Shown here: piece by piece, positions 50,197-62,138 of the stretch
Position numbering within the stretch: position 1 is the first letter of the stretch
How the letters are laid out: each line of letters starts with the position of its first letter
From: Callorhinchus milii
Taxonomy: Eukaryota
DNA length: 64,000 bases
Direction: 5' to 3'
Assembly: GCF_018977255.1 (NCBI RefSeq)
Contig: NW_024704742.1
Location: forward strand, 61,940,001-62,004,000
Notes under the pieces: generated by a model
Told to the model about the DNA's origin: nothing
What the model saw: only the letters and a program-made list of their open reading frames with translations
The model's database searches: none
Position numbers and translations under genes: made by a program

Positions 50197-52214
50197 AGTG
50201 TCCTGGCCAACAAATAAAATTGGTCATTCATTCCACAGCAGTTTGTGGGACATTGCTGTGCGCAATTGTGCTGCCGTGTTTGCCTATAAATACACAGTTA
50301 CTCCACTTCACAGTAAATCATGTGAAGAGCTTCGAGACATCCTTCTGATGTGATAAGGTGCTGCACCAAAAGCAAAGATTATTATAATTATCAAATGTTT
50401 TTTTAAAAATGATATTTTATATGACGTCACATCTTGAGACTAGGTCGTTTGAAATTTCATTGGTAGAATTTCATTCCTGCAAAGAGTAATAGTAGATATT
50501 AACACTCTGAGATATTATTCTATGTGAAGGGCTGTATATACAAGATGTTGTTGCAAATTTTTTTAAAATCTTGAATATTAATCAGAGATAGTTGCATACA
50601 ATTCATCTGATTTTTTAAAAAAGCAATTCCTTGAGTTGTGCTTTATTATTTTATATGAACACAGCACACCAATAGACTAATAACGTATTTTTTTCTTAGT
50701 CGTACAATTCAATCTTTTCAATGATAAATCTCCAAGGGATTTTACCAATGATAAAATGCTGTTTGTTTAAAAGCTCCCATCGCTTTGGTTATTTTGCAGG
50801 TATATTTATGTTGTAAAATACACATTTGTCTGCTTCTAACTCAATGTACACTGAAATGCTTTGATCATTATCAGTGATAATCTGAATATCATTACCCAAA
50901 AAGTATAGTTGTTATGTGCTGCGAACAAATTAATTTCACTTCAGTTGTAAAAACACAATACTTTTTTGCATTTCTTCTCTGAACAAGACAGGATATAAAA
51001 GGCGGCTACACATTTTCCAAGCAAGTTTAGCTAAATTGTACCTGTCAAATAAAATTGGCACGAGATACTGAGGTCACCCAGCGTGATTGAAAGGGAGTTG
51101 TTAAAATGCTAAGGTCGGTCTGGTGTGTGGCCTCATTAATGGAAAAATGCATAATTTTCCCGGACTGGGGACATTATGTGTCTGGACGTTAAGTAATTCT
51201 TAGCCATACTGCCTAAAGCCATGGTATCAACAGCTTAGAGCTATTAGAAGAATCTTCTGAGACCTTTTTAGGATAGGCCGTGACCCAGCAAGCCATGGCG
51301 TCTGTAAGGTAGATCATCACAACTCCTACCCCATCAATTTAAATCTCTGAAGCAAAGGCCCAGGCACTGTGTACTAACATCACATGTAGCTGCACATGTC
51401 AAGTGTCAGTCAAAATGACCGGGCTGACCTCTGACATTATCTGACCATGGAGGTTTTGTAAAGTTACTGTTTCTTCCCAAAGTAGTATTTATCTGTATAA
51501 CAGCAGACTTTTTTTAAGTAAAATTTATTGAGCTAAAATAACGAGCAGTGCATTCATCACTACAGTAAAGGTTAGCAAAGCTATTGGACCAGGCCTTGGA
51601 GAAATCATGTCCAAATAAAAGCAATGATTGGCTCCGTTGTCACATGCCAATCTGCAGTGGAATAAAAGTATTGGGGGTGAAGTTCAGGTTGTTTCATAAT
51701 GTGGCAAATTTAAGACAATTTAGAAAAGCTAATAACAAAGGCACAGATATGATGGGTGCTTAAAAATCAGATCTGTGCTTAAAAATGTCTGTGTTTCTGT
51801 TATGTTTCTTAACATTGTGTCTTTCAACATTTGAATGTGAGCAAATCAGCAAATGTTAAATTCACTATTCAGAGATATATTGATCTAAAGAGGATCCTTC
51901 CTTATGTCAATCTAGGTGACAGTACATGCACTTGAACTAATTAGTGACCCTGAGCTAATCGGGGGAAAAATCAACCAGGGTTCCAATCCCTGATCATTAT
52001 CCAGTGACATGTTACTATGTGTGGCATCACATCAAAACAGGATTGGCATAGGGCTAATGCCACTCTGTCAAATGGTTGCCATTCACTGGCTAACGATGTT
52101 AGAGGTGCAGATGAGACATTAAACCGAGATTCCATTTGTCAATTGCGTACACTGTAATAATTCCCTTTCAATCACTCTGGGTGACCTCAATATCTCGTGC
52201 CAATTTTATTTTCT

Positions 52215-53556
52215 TATACAAAGAAAGTAATAAGAGGAGCAAAAAGGGAGTATGGAAAAAAACTTGCAAGGGATATTAAAACCAATAGTAAAAGTTTTTA
52301 TAACTATATTAAGAGAAAGAGAATGGTTAATAGAAATGTGGGTCCGTCAAAGACAAATGTAGGTGAGACTATAACGGAAAATAAGGAAATGGCTGACTTG
52401 TTGTATAAATCCTTAGCTACTGTTTTTCCAGTAGAGGATGAAGACAAAATACCAGCCACACAGGGGAACCTAAAAATAAGTCAAAGAGAAATGCTTAATA
52501 AAATGAGTATAAATAAAAAAATGGTATTGGAGAAAATAATGAGACTCAAGATAAATAAATCTCCAGGACCTGATAGTTTCCACCCCAGGGGAAATAGGAG
52601 AGGAAATCAAAGAGGCATTTGTCATAATTTTCCAAAGGAATTGTGCCCTTAGATTGGAAAATTGCGAATGTCACCCCTTTATTTAAGAAGGGAGGGAGAA
52701 ACCTGAAAACTACAGACCTGTCAGCTTAACGTCAGTTGTAGGGAAAATACTGGAATCCATCATCAGGGACAAAGTGACTGAACACTTTGGACTGGACGGG
52801 TATGATCTAGTCAAAGAGAGTTTGTGAAGGGTAGGTCATGCCTGACTAATCTAGTTGAATTTTTTGAGGTCGCTAAAATGGTGGATAAGAGAGTGTCTAT
52901 GGATGTCGTTTACATGGACTTTCAGAAGGCATTTGAGAAGGTTCCACACAAAAGATTATTAGCAAAAATGGAAGCGCATGGAGTCAGAGGTGACCTTGTG
53001 AAGTGGCTTGGTAATTTATTGGGAGGCAGGCAACAGAGTAAGAATAAAGGGAACATTCTCTGATTGGCGGGACGTAACAAGTGGTGTCCCCCAGGAGTCT
53101 GTACTGGAAGGAATAGATGAAGGAATAGAAAGTTTTAGATCCAAGTTTGGAGAAGACACTAAGCTAGGAGGCTCAGTAACTTGTGTAGATTGGAGTTGGA
53201 ATTTACATAGGAACTTAGACAGATTAAATGAGTGGGCAAAGCTGTGGCAGATGGAGTTCAGTGTAGGAAAGTGTGAGGTCATCCACTATGGACTGAAAAG
53301 ATAAAGCAGAATATTTTCTTAATGGGGAGAAATTAAGAACTGTGGAGGAGCAACAAGATTTGGGTGTCCAATTCCACAAATCACTAAAAACTAGTTCCCA
53401 GGTGAAAAGAAATCAAAAAGTCGAATGGAATGTTGGTATTTATGTGGACTCCACATGAATTGGAAAGATTAGTTGAGGTACAGGTCAGCCATGATCTAAT
53501 TAAATGGCAGAACAGGCTTTAAGGTGTGAATGGCCTACTCCTGTTCCTATGTTCCT
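52215..53556 (+). mobile_element. CR1 LINE ORF2 (reverse transcriptase) fragment, frameshifted, with 3' end
   Basis: KSPGPD, NYRPVSLT, GRSCLTNL.EFFE, DVVYMDFQKAF, VTSGVPQ, KFGEDTKLGG (catalytic FADD decayed), WQMEF..KCEVIH; 3' GAATGGCCTACTCCTGTTCCTATGTTCCT. Confidence 0.93.
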
Positions 53557-53604
53557 AACTATTCAGGTATAGGGTAGATACTTTCAGCATTGGTAAAGTC
53601 AGCA

Positions 53605-54367
53605 GTAATAATGATAATCCTTGCATTTGATATAGTGCCCACCACATTGTTAAAATGTTCCAAAGAACTGTACAGAATTTACTGTAAAGTCTAGTGATTA
53701 TGTATTTGTAAGTGAACACAGCAGACAATCTGCACCCATCAATATCCCGTAAACAGCCATGAATTGAACGATTAATTGTTTCTGGGAGATTGTTCACCAG
53801 GGTCTCAGGAGAGACTCTCTTCTGTTTTGAAACATGTCCTAGGATGGACACCTCCATCTCAACAGGCAGTTTAGCATCTCATCTGAAGGACAGCACCTCC
53901 GTCAACACACCATAACCCAAAACTACACTATAATAATAATAATAATAATATTCCTTGCATTTGATATAGCGCTTTTCACGTCGGGAGGACGTCCCAAAGC
54001 GCTTCACAGAACACACTGTAAAGTGAATTGACTGTATATTTGTGGGCGAACGTGGCAGCCAATTGCGCACAGCAATGTCCCACAAACAGTCGTAGATTGA
54101 AAATGGCCAATTTAATTATTGTTTTTGTTTTTTGGAGGGATTATTATTAGGCGTGTGGAGTAAGGAAACTTGCCCAAGGTTTCGCCCTGCCTGGAATTGA
54201 ACTCGGATCTCTCACTTGCAAAGCGAGTGCTCTAACCACTGAGCTACAGGACTCCACACTGAAGTAACAGCCTGTACTATGAGCTTAAAGTTCTGACGTG
54301 GGGCTTGAACCCACAATCTTCTGACTCTGATGCAAGAATGCGACCGACCTGAGCCAAGCTGACACCT
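53605..54367 (-). mobile_element. full-length Deu-domain SINE hosting a young SINE
   Basis: Tail and core 53605-53928; head 54256-54367 (GGGCTTGAACCCAC...TGAGCCAAGCTGACAC). Confidence 0.75.
53929..54255 (-). mobile_element. young tRNA(Ala)-derived SINE, full length, tail type A, nested
   Basis: Complete head, body and tail. Confidence 0.92.
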
Positions 54368-55134
54368 GATGTAAACAACCACTGTCAACTTTCGCAGCAT
54401 TATAATGCATCTACCAAGTATTAAGAAGTAGAAAACAAGTAGTAGATTGAGAATCCTAATTGTAACTCACATAGCTTCAATGCAAGGAATGAGTCTAGTG
54501 CAGTTAATATGACCAAGGCAGGTCAAGGCCTTAGTTTGACCTGGCCATGGAATACTTTGTCTAAGTCCTCCTTTAACATCATAATTCAGTGCCAAATTTT
54601 AATAATATGAGGGAGGAAACTTATCCAGAATATTCTGCCTGGTTGAAAGTATTGAGAATGATTTCCCCATTAAGTGCTCCGTCTATCATAAAAAGCAGAC
54701 TAGTGTTGAGCACTTTATCAGTCTGGCACCAAGAATTGCGTTGTCTCAGTGCTTTCTCGGGCCGACTTATCTTCTAAGCTCTAAGGAAAGCTGCACTAAC
54801 CATATTTCTTTGGTGAGCGGCAACTTTTATATCCTTTACTAAAAAAAATTGCGGGGCTTCACAATATCAGATTTGAGATTAGCTGCAGAGTATTTAGTTA
54901 AAGAATGAGTCACATCAGTGAATTGACATCAGTAATTAAACTTTCACAGCATTATAATGCTGTCAGTCAAATATATGATGAAACAGACAACAAGTTGTCT
55001 AAGATTCCTAAACCTTGTTAGTTGTGGGTTTTTTAAAAAAATTAGTATGTGCAATTATTTTTCTTATTTTCTCCCCACTGGTGTATGCATCTGTATTGCT
55101 GATCTTGTCTCCTCTTTTTGGGTTGCTGTTCATT

Positions 55135-55440
55135 GGTGCATTGGCTGCCCTTCGGTACCCCACCCAAGTGACTGTTGTTCACGTGCGACACTTGCCAGTG
55201 ACTGTTGGTGGGTCTCTTGATTGTAGAGGACATCACAGCCAAGTCTGACCTCTCTCACCCTCTTTTCCCACAGATGCACAACCAGCAGAGTCAGCAGAGA
55301 GACCAGGAGCAGGAACCTTATCTGTTTTTACCTGCCCTAATACTGGAAAGGCCACGGCCAAAGTAGCCCTTGCCGAGACCACCAAACACAGCAAGGACTA
55401 TGATCAAACCAGCATGTTTCTAATCTGTGAACCTCAGCTT
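55135..55440 (-). mobile_element. second old SINE-like family, longer fragment
   Basis: Similarity to 49950-50196 and, on the + strand, to 30290-30400 and 51945-52090 (AAATCAACCA..GGTTCC). Confidence 0.6.
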
Positions 55441-55924
55441 TATCCACCACTCCAGTTGTGGCCAACCAGTGGGCCATGAGTGGTCCACTAGGCCATCAAA
55501 CAGGCCCCCTCCTCCCCTAAACATTTGCACAAGTCGAGGTAAGTCTGTGTTCGATCATTAGTTTGGCCCACAAAATGTACAGTCAAATCACTTTACAGTA
55601 TATTCTTTGAAGCACTTTGCGACGTATAGAAGACATGATAAGGCACTATATCAAATGCAAGTATTATTAGTAGTATATTTTCTGTTTTTCTTGATATTCA
55701 ATTAAATACATTTATTTTGTTGGCTAACCAAAAAGGTTGGCCTCAATGGACTATGCCATCAAGGCTGCCCCCCTCCCCCTCCATTTTTGTGTTTTTAAAG
55801 AAAAATAATTCTTCTCCACTTTTAAGAATACACATCAAGTACAAAGATCAAGAAGCTTAAAAAGGGATGCAATTTGATGAAAATGCAGTATTTCAAGACA
55901 GATTTCATTCAAAATCACATTAAA

Positions 55925-56237
55925 ATAATAATAATAATCCTTGCATTTGATATAGCGCTTTTCATGTCTTCTAGACGTTTCAAAGCGCTTCACAGAATAT
56001 GCTGTAAAGTGAATTGACCGTATATTTTTGTGGGCGAAACGCGGCAGCCAATTGCGCACAGCAGTATCCCACAAACAATCATGGATTGAAAATGACCAAT
56101 TTATTTTTTTTGTTTTGGAGGGATTATTATTAGGCGTGTGGAGTAAGGAAACTTGCCCAAGGTTTCGCCCTGCTGGAATTGAACCCAGGTGTCTATCTTG
56201 CAAGGCGAGTGCTCTAACCACTGAGCTACAGGACTCC
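55925..56237 (-). mobile_element. tRNA(Ala)-derived SINE, full length, tail type B
   Basis: Complete head, body and tail. Confidence 0.92.
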
Positions 56238-56704
56238 ACAAAATTGATATGAAACATTGATTTTTGAATCAATGTGTTTTTTAAATATTGATATTTTCTG
56301 ACTACTGCTAAAAATAATTAAACTACAATAATTACTGGGGACTACTTGCTGCAGTGCATTTGAAAATTGTCCTTTCATTTCTGGTATCGGGGGAGGAGGG
56401 GATACAATTCTTCTTTTTTTGATTATGTGTGAAATGGAAAATCAGGTTAGAAAAGCATATCATCAAAGTCGGTGCACTTAATATTAGAGGAGTGTTTATT
56501 ACAGAGAATGCAGCAAGTTTGGGTTTAAAGCACATTGGTAGGCTTGGGATGTTTTATCTTACAAATAAGCCATAATAGACCTTGATCCAGAAACACTTCA
56601 CATCGATAATGGTTGCAGAACTTTCCTTTTCTCAATGTTGACATGCCCGCTTCAGTGAGCATAAAAAACTTTCTCCTTCTCTACAACCATTGCAATCCGT
56701 ACAA

Positions 56705-57182
56705 ACCCATACCAAACTCCGTTCCCCGATTATCCCAGTCCTTGCCAGACTGCACTGGCTGCCTGTCCCAGAGAGGATCGATTTCAAGATCCTCACTCTT
56801 GTTTTCAAATTCCTCCACTCCTCTGCACCTCCCTTCCTCTCTGACCTCCTCTCTCCTCACAACCTCCTCACAACAGTGCCCGTTCCATTCGCTCCACCGG
56901 GTCTGGCCTCCTCCTTGTCCTCCGAATCCGCCGCTCCACCATCGGCGGCCGTGTCTTCAGCCACTACGCCCCGAGGCTCTGGAACTCCCTTCCTTACTCC
57001 CTTTGTCTCAAGCCCTCTCTTCCTATTTTCAGATCTCTGCTGAAGACCTTTCTTTTCGACCGCGCCTTTGGTCACCTGCTTCCACCTCCCCCTGGCCCGG
57101 CCTCGGGATCCGTTACTGTGAAGCGCTCTGAGATGCTGTCCAGCGTCGAGGGCACTATATAAATCCAAGTTGTTGTTGTTGT
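56705..57182 (+). mobile_element. L2 LINE 3' fragment, family B
   Basis: IIPVLARLHWLPVPERIDFKILTL; near-identical to 41340-41802. Confidence 0.9.
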
Positions 57183-57775
57183 AAGGACTGACAATTGCTC
57201 TATATTAGCCATTTTATCACTGTGACAATGTTTCCATTAGAAGTAAGGATCTGCCTGGCTCAGGAAGAGGATTACCAAAACCACCGCAGAACACGACAGG
57301 ACCAGATTGCCAAGCAGGCGGCTGATGCCGAAAAACTAGACTAATTTAAATAAACAGCTTTGGGAGGATGGTAGGGTGGGTATTCTCAAGGGATAAAATC
57401 AGATAGGCCGAAGGACCTTCTTTATCTTATGACATGCAAGCCATCTTAATGTTCTAGAGATTCAAGTCCAATGCCAGTACTAAGTTTACTGAACGCCAAC
57501 TTCTTAATCCAGATGCTCACATGAGGAGCTTTAGCAAATAATGTGGTTGCTGTGAAGCTGACTCCAATTCCCAGGTGCTGTGACAGGTCAACATAGGCCA
57601 GTCAGACCCTCTCTCCCTGCAACAGTTTCCCCCTTTTACCACAAATCTACTTCATTGCTTGATCCTGTTTTTGCAAATGGGCTGAATAGAACCTCTCCAC
57701 TGCGTATGCCTACAAATACACAGTCACTACGCTTCAGTTAAATCCTCTGAAATGCTTTGAGACATTGCGACAATG

Positions 57776-58482
57776 TGGACTTTGGAGGAAGAAGAAAAAA
57801 TCATTTGTCAATCATTAAGCAGTCCTTGGTTTATATGTCAAGATTCACAAACAGATGTCTTTGAAACTGTAAAAAATAAATACCACATTTGGTTTCCTTT
57901 GCCAGAATATTTAAATTCAGGGATGTATGGCATTATATCAAATGCAAGGATTATTAAATGTTTGGCTCCTTGACTTGGTAATCACATGGTCTTGCCCACA
58001 ATTCATACAGTCAATTCACTTCACAGTATATTCTGTGAAACTCTTTGAGATGTCTCAACAATGTGATAAGGCACTGTATCAAATGCAATTATTATTATTA
58101 TTGGATCTACACTGGGGCAAACAAGTATGTACTACTCTATATCAAAATGGTTGGAAGAGCTGATGGAATAGCATGAATGAACCCATTTGCCCCCTGACCC
58201 ACTTGCTCCTTTCAGCAGCTTCTGTGCAGATAGAAAAAAGCAAGGTGGGTAAGTGATGTTCTCTTAGGCTGTGGTTAATTAATCTTCTTTGAAGTAAAGC
58301 TTTAATCTCAAAATAGAAATATTGTATTTCACATCCCTGAATTTAAATATTCTGGCAAAGGAAACTAAATGTGGTATTTATTTTATACAGTTTCAAAGAC
58401 ATCTGTTTGTGAATCTTGACATATAAACCAAGGACCGCTTAATGATTGACAAATGATTTTTTTCTTCTACCTCTAAAGTCCA
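57776..58482. repeat. inverted duplication, ~151-bp arms (57776-57926 / 58331-58482)
   Basis: Manual alignment: 5 substitutions and 1 indel. Confidence 0.95.
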
Positions 58483-58677
58483 ATCTACAAAGACTAATTT
58501 CTGTGTGTAAAGCTCTGTGCATGTTATCAAATGTAGTACAGAGCCCCTGTATAACCAATTGAAGTTACTATGCATGTCAAGTAAGTTATTAACCATGTGA
58601 ACCGAGGGGCAGAACCTCTGCCTTAAGCATAGGGGATGATTCCAAATGGAGAAGCAATGGGAAGATTGCAACTTGTG

Positions 58678-58900
58678 CAGTTTTACTTGGTTAAAACTTC
58701 AACCCACACTTTGGGAGCTCCAAGCCTCGGTTCTAACCAACTTATCCCTAAGGAATACAGGAATTAGACAAGCAGAGTGCATCCAGCCAAAGGGCAATCT
58801 CCATGCATAGGTAGCGTACACATGTGGAACTCTCAGTCTGGAAACTCTTAAGCCTGGCGATGGGTTTCCGTTGTGTCAGACACTCGGTCGACCAAAATAA
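58678..58900 (+). repeat. unclassified old interspersed repeat, copy D (most diverged)
   Basis: CAGTTTTACTTGGTTAAA...CACACTTTGGGAGCTCCAAGCCT...GATGGGTTTCC...TGTCAGACACTCGGTCGACCAAAA. Confidence 0.7.
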
Positions 58901-59189
58901 ATTGATGTCATGATGCCTCCAGACATTCTCTACCTGAAGCTGCTTCAAGGCAAGGAGGGACATCTCAGGGGTGAGTGTGATTTCTTAGCTTCCTGAAACA
59001 ACAACTTTGGGGCAAATGGAATGTTCTAAGGCTCAACATTTCTCTTAGCCTCGAGACCAGTGTTTAAAAATTTAAGGTTGTACAATATTTGGGAAAATTG
59101 TTCAATTCAATCTTAATTTGGAAGCCAATTTTCAATAGACTCCCCAGGTGGTGTCTACCTGGAACCATGTGGTAAAAACTGGCATTGAC

Positions 59190-59438
59190 CTGATATTTTG
59201 TAAATTGTGAGGTGTTTTGATAAGCAGAGAGAAACTATTTCCACTGGTCGGTGAAGCAGTAATGAGAGGACAAAGATTTAAGTTAATTGCCAAATGCACA
59301 AAGAGTGAGGCCAGGACAAATTTTATCTCACAGAGGCTTGTTGGAATGTGGGATTGGATTGTGGCAGAATTCATGTTAACTTTTAGGAGTGAATTAGATA
59401 AATATGGGGAAAAATACAGGGGAATAGGACTATGCTAA
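59190..59438 (+). mobile_element. CR1 LINE 3' fragment
   Basis: EKLFPLVGE..MRGQRFKL...NFISQRLVGMW...FRSELDKY. Confidence 0.75.
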
Positions 59439-59599
59439 TATAACAACAACTTGCATTTATTTAGTGCCCTTCAGACAGGATAGTGTCTTGGAGCACTGCA
59501 CAGATGCTAAGCAAGGGAGAAAGGGGAAGTGACGGTCAGATAGCTCTTTTTAGGAAGCCAGAACAAGCCTCAAAAGGCCTCTTTCTGCTTACTCTACTA

Positions 59600-59885
59600 G
59601 CCCCTTCACTCAGCTACCTTCAGCCTCCTGTATAATCTTTGTGCCCTCCATTATGGTCATACCTTCAGATACTGTTCCCTGAGACTCCAGAACACTCTGC
59701 CTCAATCCCTTCACCTTTGCCCCCTCCTTGCCAATCTTCAGATCACACCTGAAGATCTTCCTCTTTGACCATGTCTACAGTCACCTTTCTTCTCTCCCTG
59801 GCTCAGCACAAGCTCTGCCACTGTTAAGTACTTCGAAATACTACCCCACATGAAGGGCACTATATAAATGCCAGTTATTGTTGTA
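59600..59885 (+). mobile_element. degraded L2 3' end
   Basis: CCTGAAGATCTTCCTCTTTGACC...CATGAAGGGCACTATATAAATGCCAGTTATTGTTG. Confidence 0.7.
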
Positions 59886-60382
59886 TTAATTTAGTCCCAT
59901 TTTATTTGTGATGTGCCTGTTAAACATCTTAACTAACTTGGTGTCCCACTAAATAGCACAGTAGTCCGATCCACAATCCTCAAGGCAAAAGGCCAGTGAG
60001 AGATGCATTTGGCTTTTGGGCTCAGCCATTTTGAAGGACTTTGGGGAGATTCACCTCCAACACACCAGCTGACTTGTATTGTTTACTTTTCTCATCTATG
60101 GTTTAATCAGCACAACAGTGCTAATTGTCACCCTTATATCCCAGATTGACTCAGCCATTTCAAAAGAGGGGAGAAACCTCACAGGGAGGAAAAAGTGTAG
60201 AGTTATCTGACCCCTCTCTTTTTATTCACCTCACCTCTCTTCTAACCTGTGCTCTCGATCTTGGCCTTTGTTAGTGTCCCAATGAAATGGAACAGTCATT
60301 TTTTCTGGTATAATTAATTGTTCAGGGGAATGGGCGATCATCTTTATTCTTTTAATATGGATGATTTTCTTCTTTGGCCACC

Positions 60383-60890
60383 TTCTCCCACATCACTCAC
60401 ACCCTCGCTCGCCTCCACTGGCTCCCAATTCCCCAGAGGATCGAATTCAAGATCCTCATCCTCACCTACAAGGCCATTCACGGCCTCGCTCCCTCCTACC
60501 TCTCCGACCTACTATCCCCCTACTTACCTGCCCGTACCCTCCGTTCCTCCGGCTCCGGTCTGCTCCACATCCCCCGCCCCAACCGCCCTACCATTGGTGG
60601 CCGGGCCTTCAGCCTTTCAGCCCCTAGGCTCTGGAACTCTATCCCCCAGTGCCTTCGCCATCTCCTCCCTTTCCTCCTTCAAGGCCGGTCTCAAGACCTT
60701 TCTCTTTGACCGCGCCTTCAGCTCTCCTCTCGACTCTCTACCCCATCCTCGCTCCCTCCCTTCCCTCCCCTCACCCTGACCATTTCCCCCTTGCTCGGGT
60801 CCCGACCCAACTGTACAGCACCTTGGGACGTCCTCCCGACGTAAAAGGCGCTCAATAAATGGAATCTTGTTGTTGTCTTGTTGTTGTTCT
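60383..60890 (+). mobile_element. L2 LINE 3' fragment, family A
   Basis: HITHTLARLHWLPIPQRIEFKILILTYKAIHGLAPSYLSDLL...GRAFSLSAPRLWNSIP; (TTG)n tail. Confidence 0.93.
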
Positions 60891-61964
60891 TCAGGTCATT
60901 TCAACAAGTTTCACAAGATCGCGGAAATGTGTTGGCTTCACAAGGCCACAAAGAGATATTCACATGAAGAAGGCCCTTTGGCTCAGTGATCTCATCTTTC
61001 CAGAACACCCATCCTACCAGCTTCCCAGCTTGCCAGCCCTTTCAGTCTGTCAGGACACATTGGCAGATGTTTAGATGCCTACTCGATATAGATGGTTGTT
61101 TCTTTTTATATCTTCAACAACATTCTTGATATGTTATCATTATCAGTTCATGTGAAATTCAATTAGTTGCCAAAATTTAATTCCTGTTGTCAAGTTATTT
61201 AATTTATGCAGTTACAGCTAATATTTCACTGGATGTTTTCACTTTCCATGACTAATAAATTAACCACACCATATGGTACTTACCCCAGTAAGACTGCCAT
61301 TACGAATTTCCGTTGTACATCTGCATCTCCATATTTTTGCTTTGGACATGTATACTTACCTCCTCCCAAAGGAGAATAATTTTAGAGACAGCATTCAATT
61401 TGCGACCTTGAAAGGGTTAACAGTGAAGGGTACCTACCAGATTCCAAACCGCTGGTAGCAAATTAATAAATGTCAGAATGGTGGTAAATTGTGTTTCAAC
61501 ACTTGTACAGCAATTGTGAAGAATCTCCCTGAACTTGCTGAGCACCAAACAAATCTGCCCCACACATCTAAATTATAAATTAAATTAGGGAATCATAAAG
61601 GACTACAGAGGATTTATTTTATTTGACAAAAATCAAAGTTAATCCTAATAGACAGGCGTGGGTTATTTCTAATGCCAGTCACGCAACTGTTTCTTATTAG
61701 CGAATAGTCCCTTGAATGGTTGTGGGCTGCTCAGTGGACAGGCCAAAATATTTATGATTCCATTGGACAATGGAGGTGTTTCAGATTCATATTTATGCAT
61801 TTATTTAGTGGCTATTCTCCTTGGCGGCAGGAGCTAAGTGGGTGCTCCTTGGAGCTGAACTGGCCAGGCACTGCTGATGACAGTATAGGGAGCCTAGCTC
61901 ACCAGCAGCACTTGAAAGGGCAGAACAGTCACTTGGGGGCAGGGATTCTTCCCATTTTCCACTC

Positions 61965-62138
61965 AAATTGGTCACTCAATCCACAACTGTTTGTGGGTCA
62001 CTGCTGTGCGTAATTGGTTGCCACGTTTCACCCACAAAATCTACAGTCAATTCACTTTACAGTATATTCTGTAAAGCACATTGAGACGTCTCGAAGATGT
62101 GATAAGGCGCTATATCAAATGCAAGGGTTATTATTAGT
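61965..62138 (+). mobile_element. SINE 3' half, tail type B
   Basis: AAATTGGTCACTCAATCCAC...GAGACGTCTCGAAGATGTGATAAGGCGCTATATCAAATGCAAGG. Confidence 0.85.

Noticed and set aside
52197..53304. Reverse transcriptase ORFs as a functional gene
   Set aside because: Split by frameshifts and deletions, with the catalytic motif decayed; dead CR1 copy.
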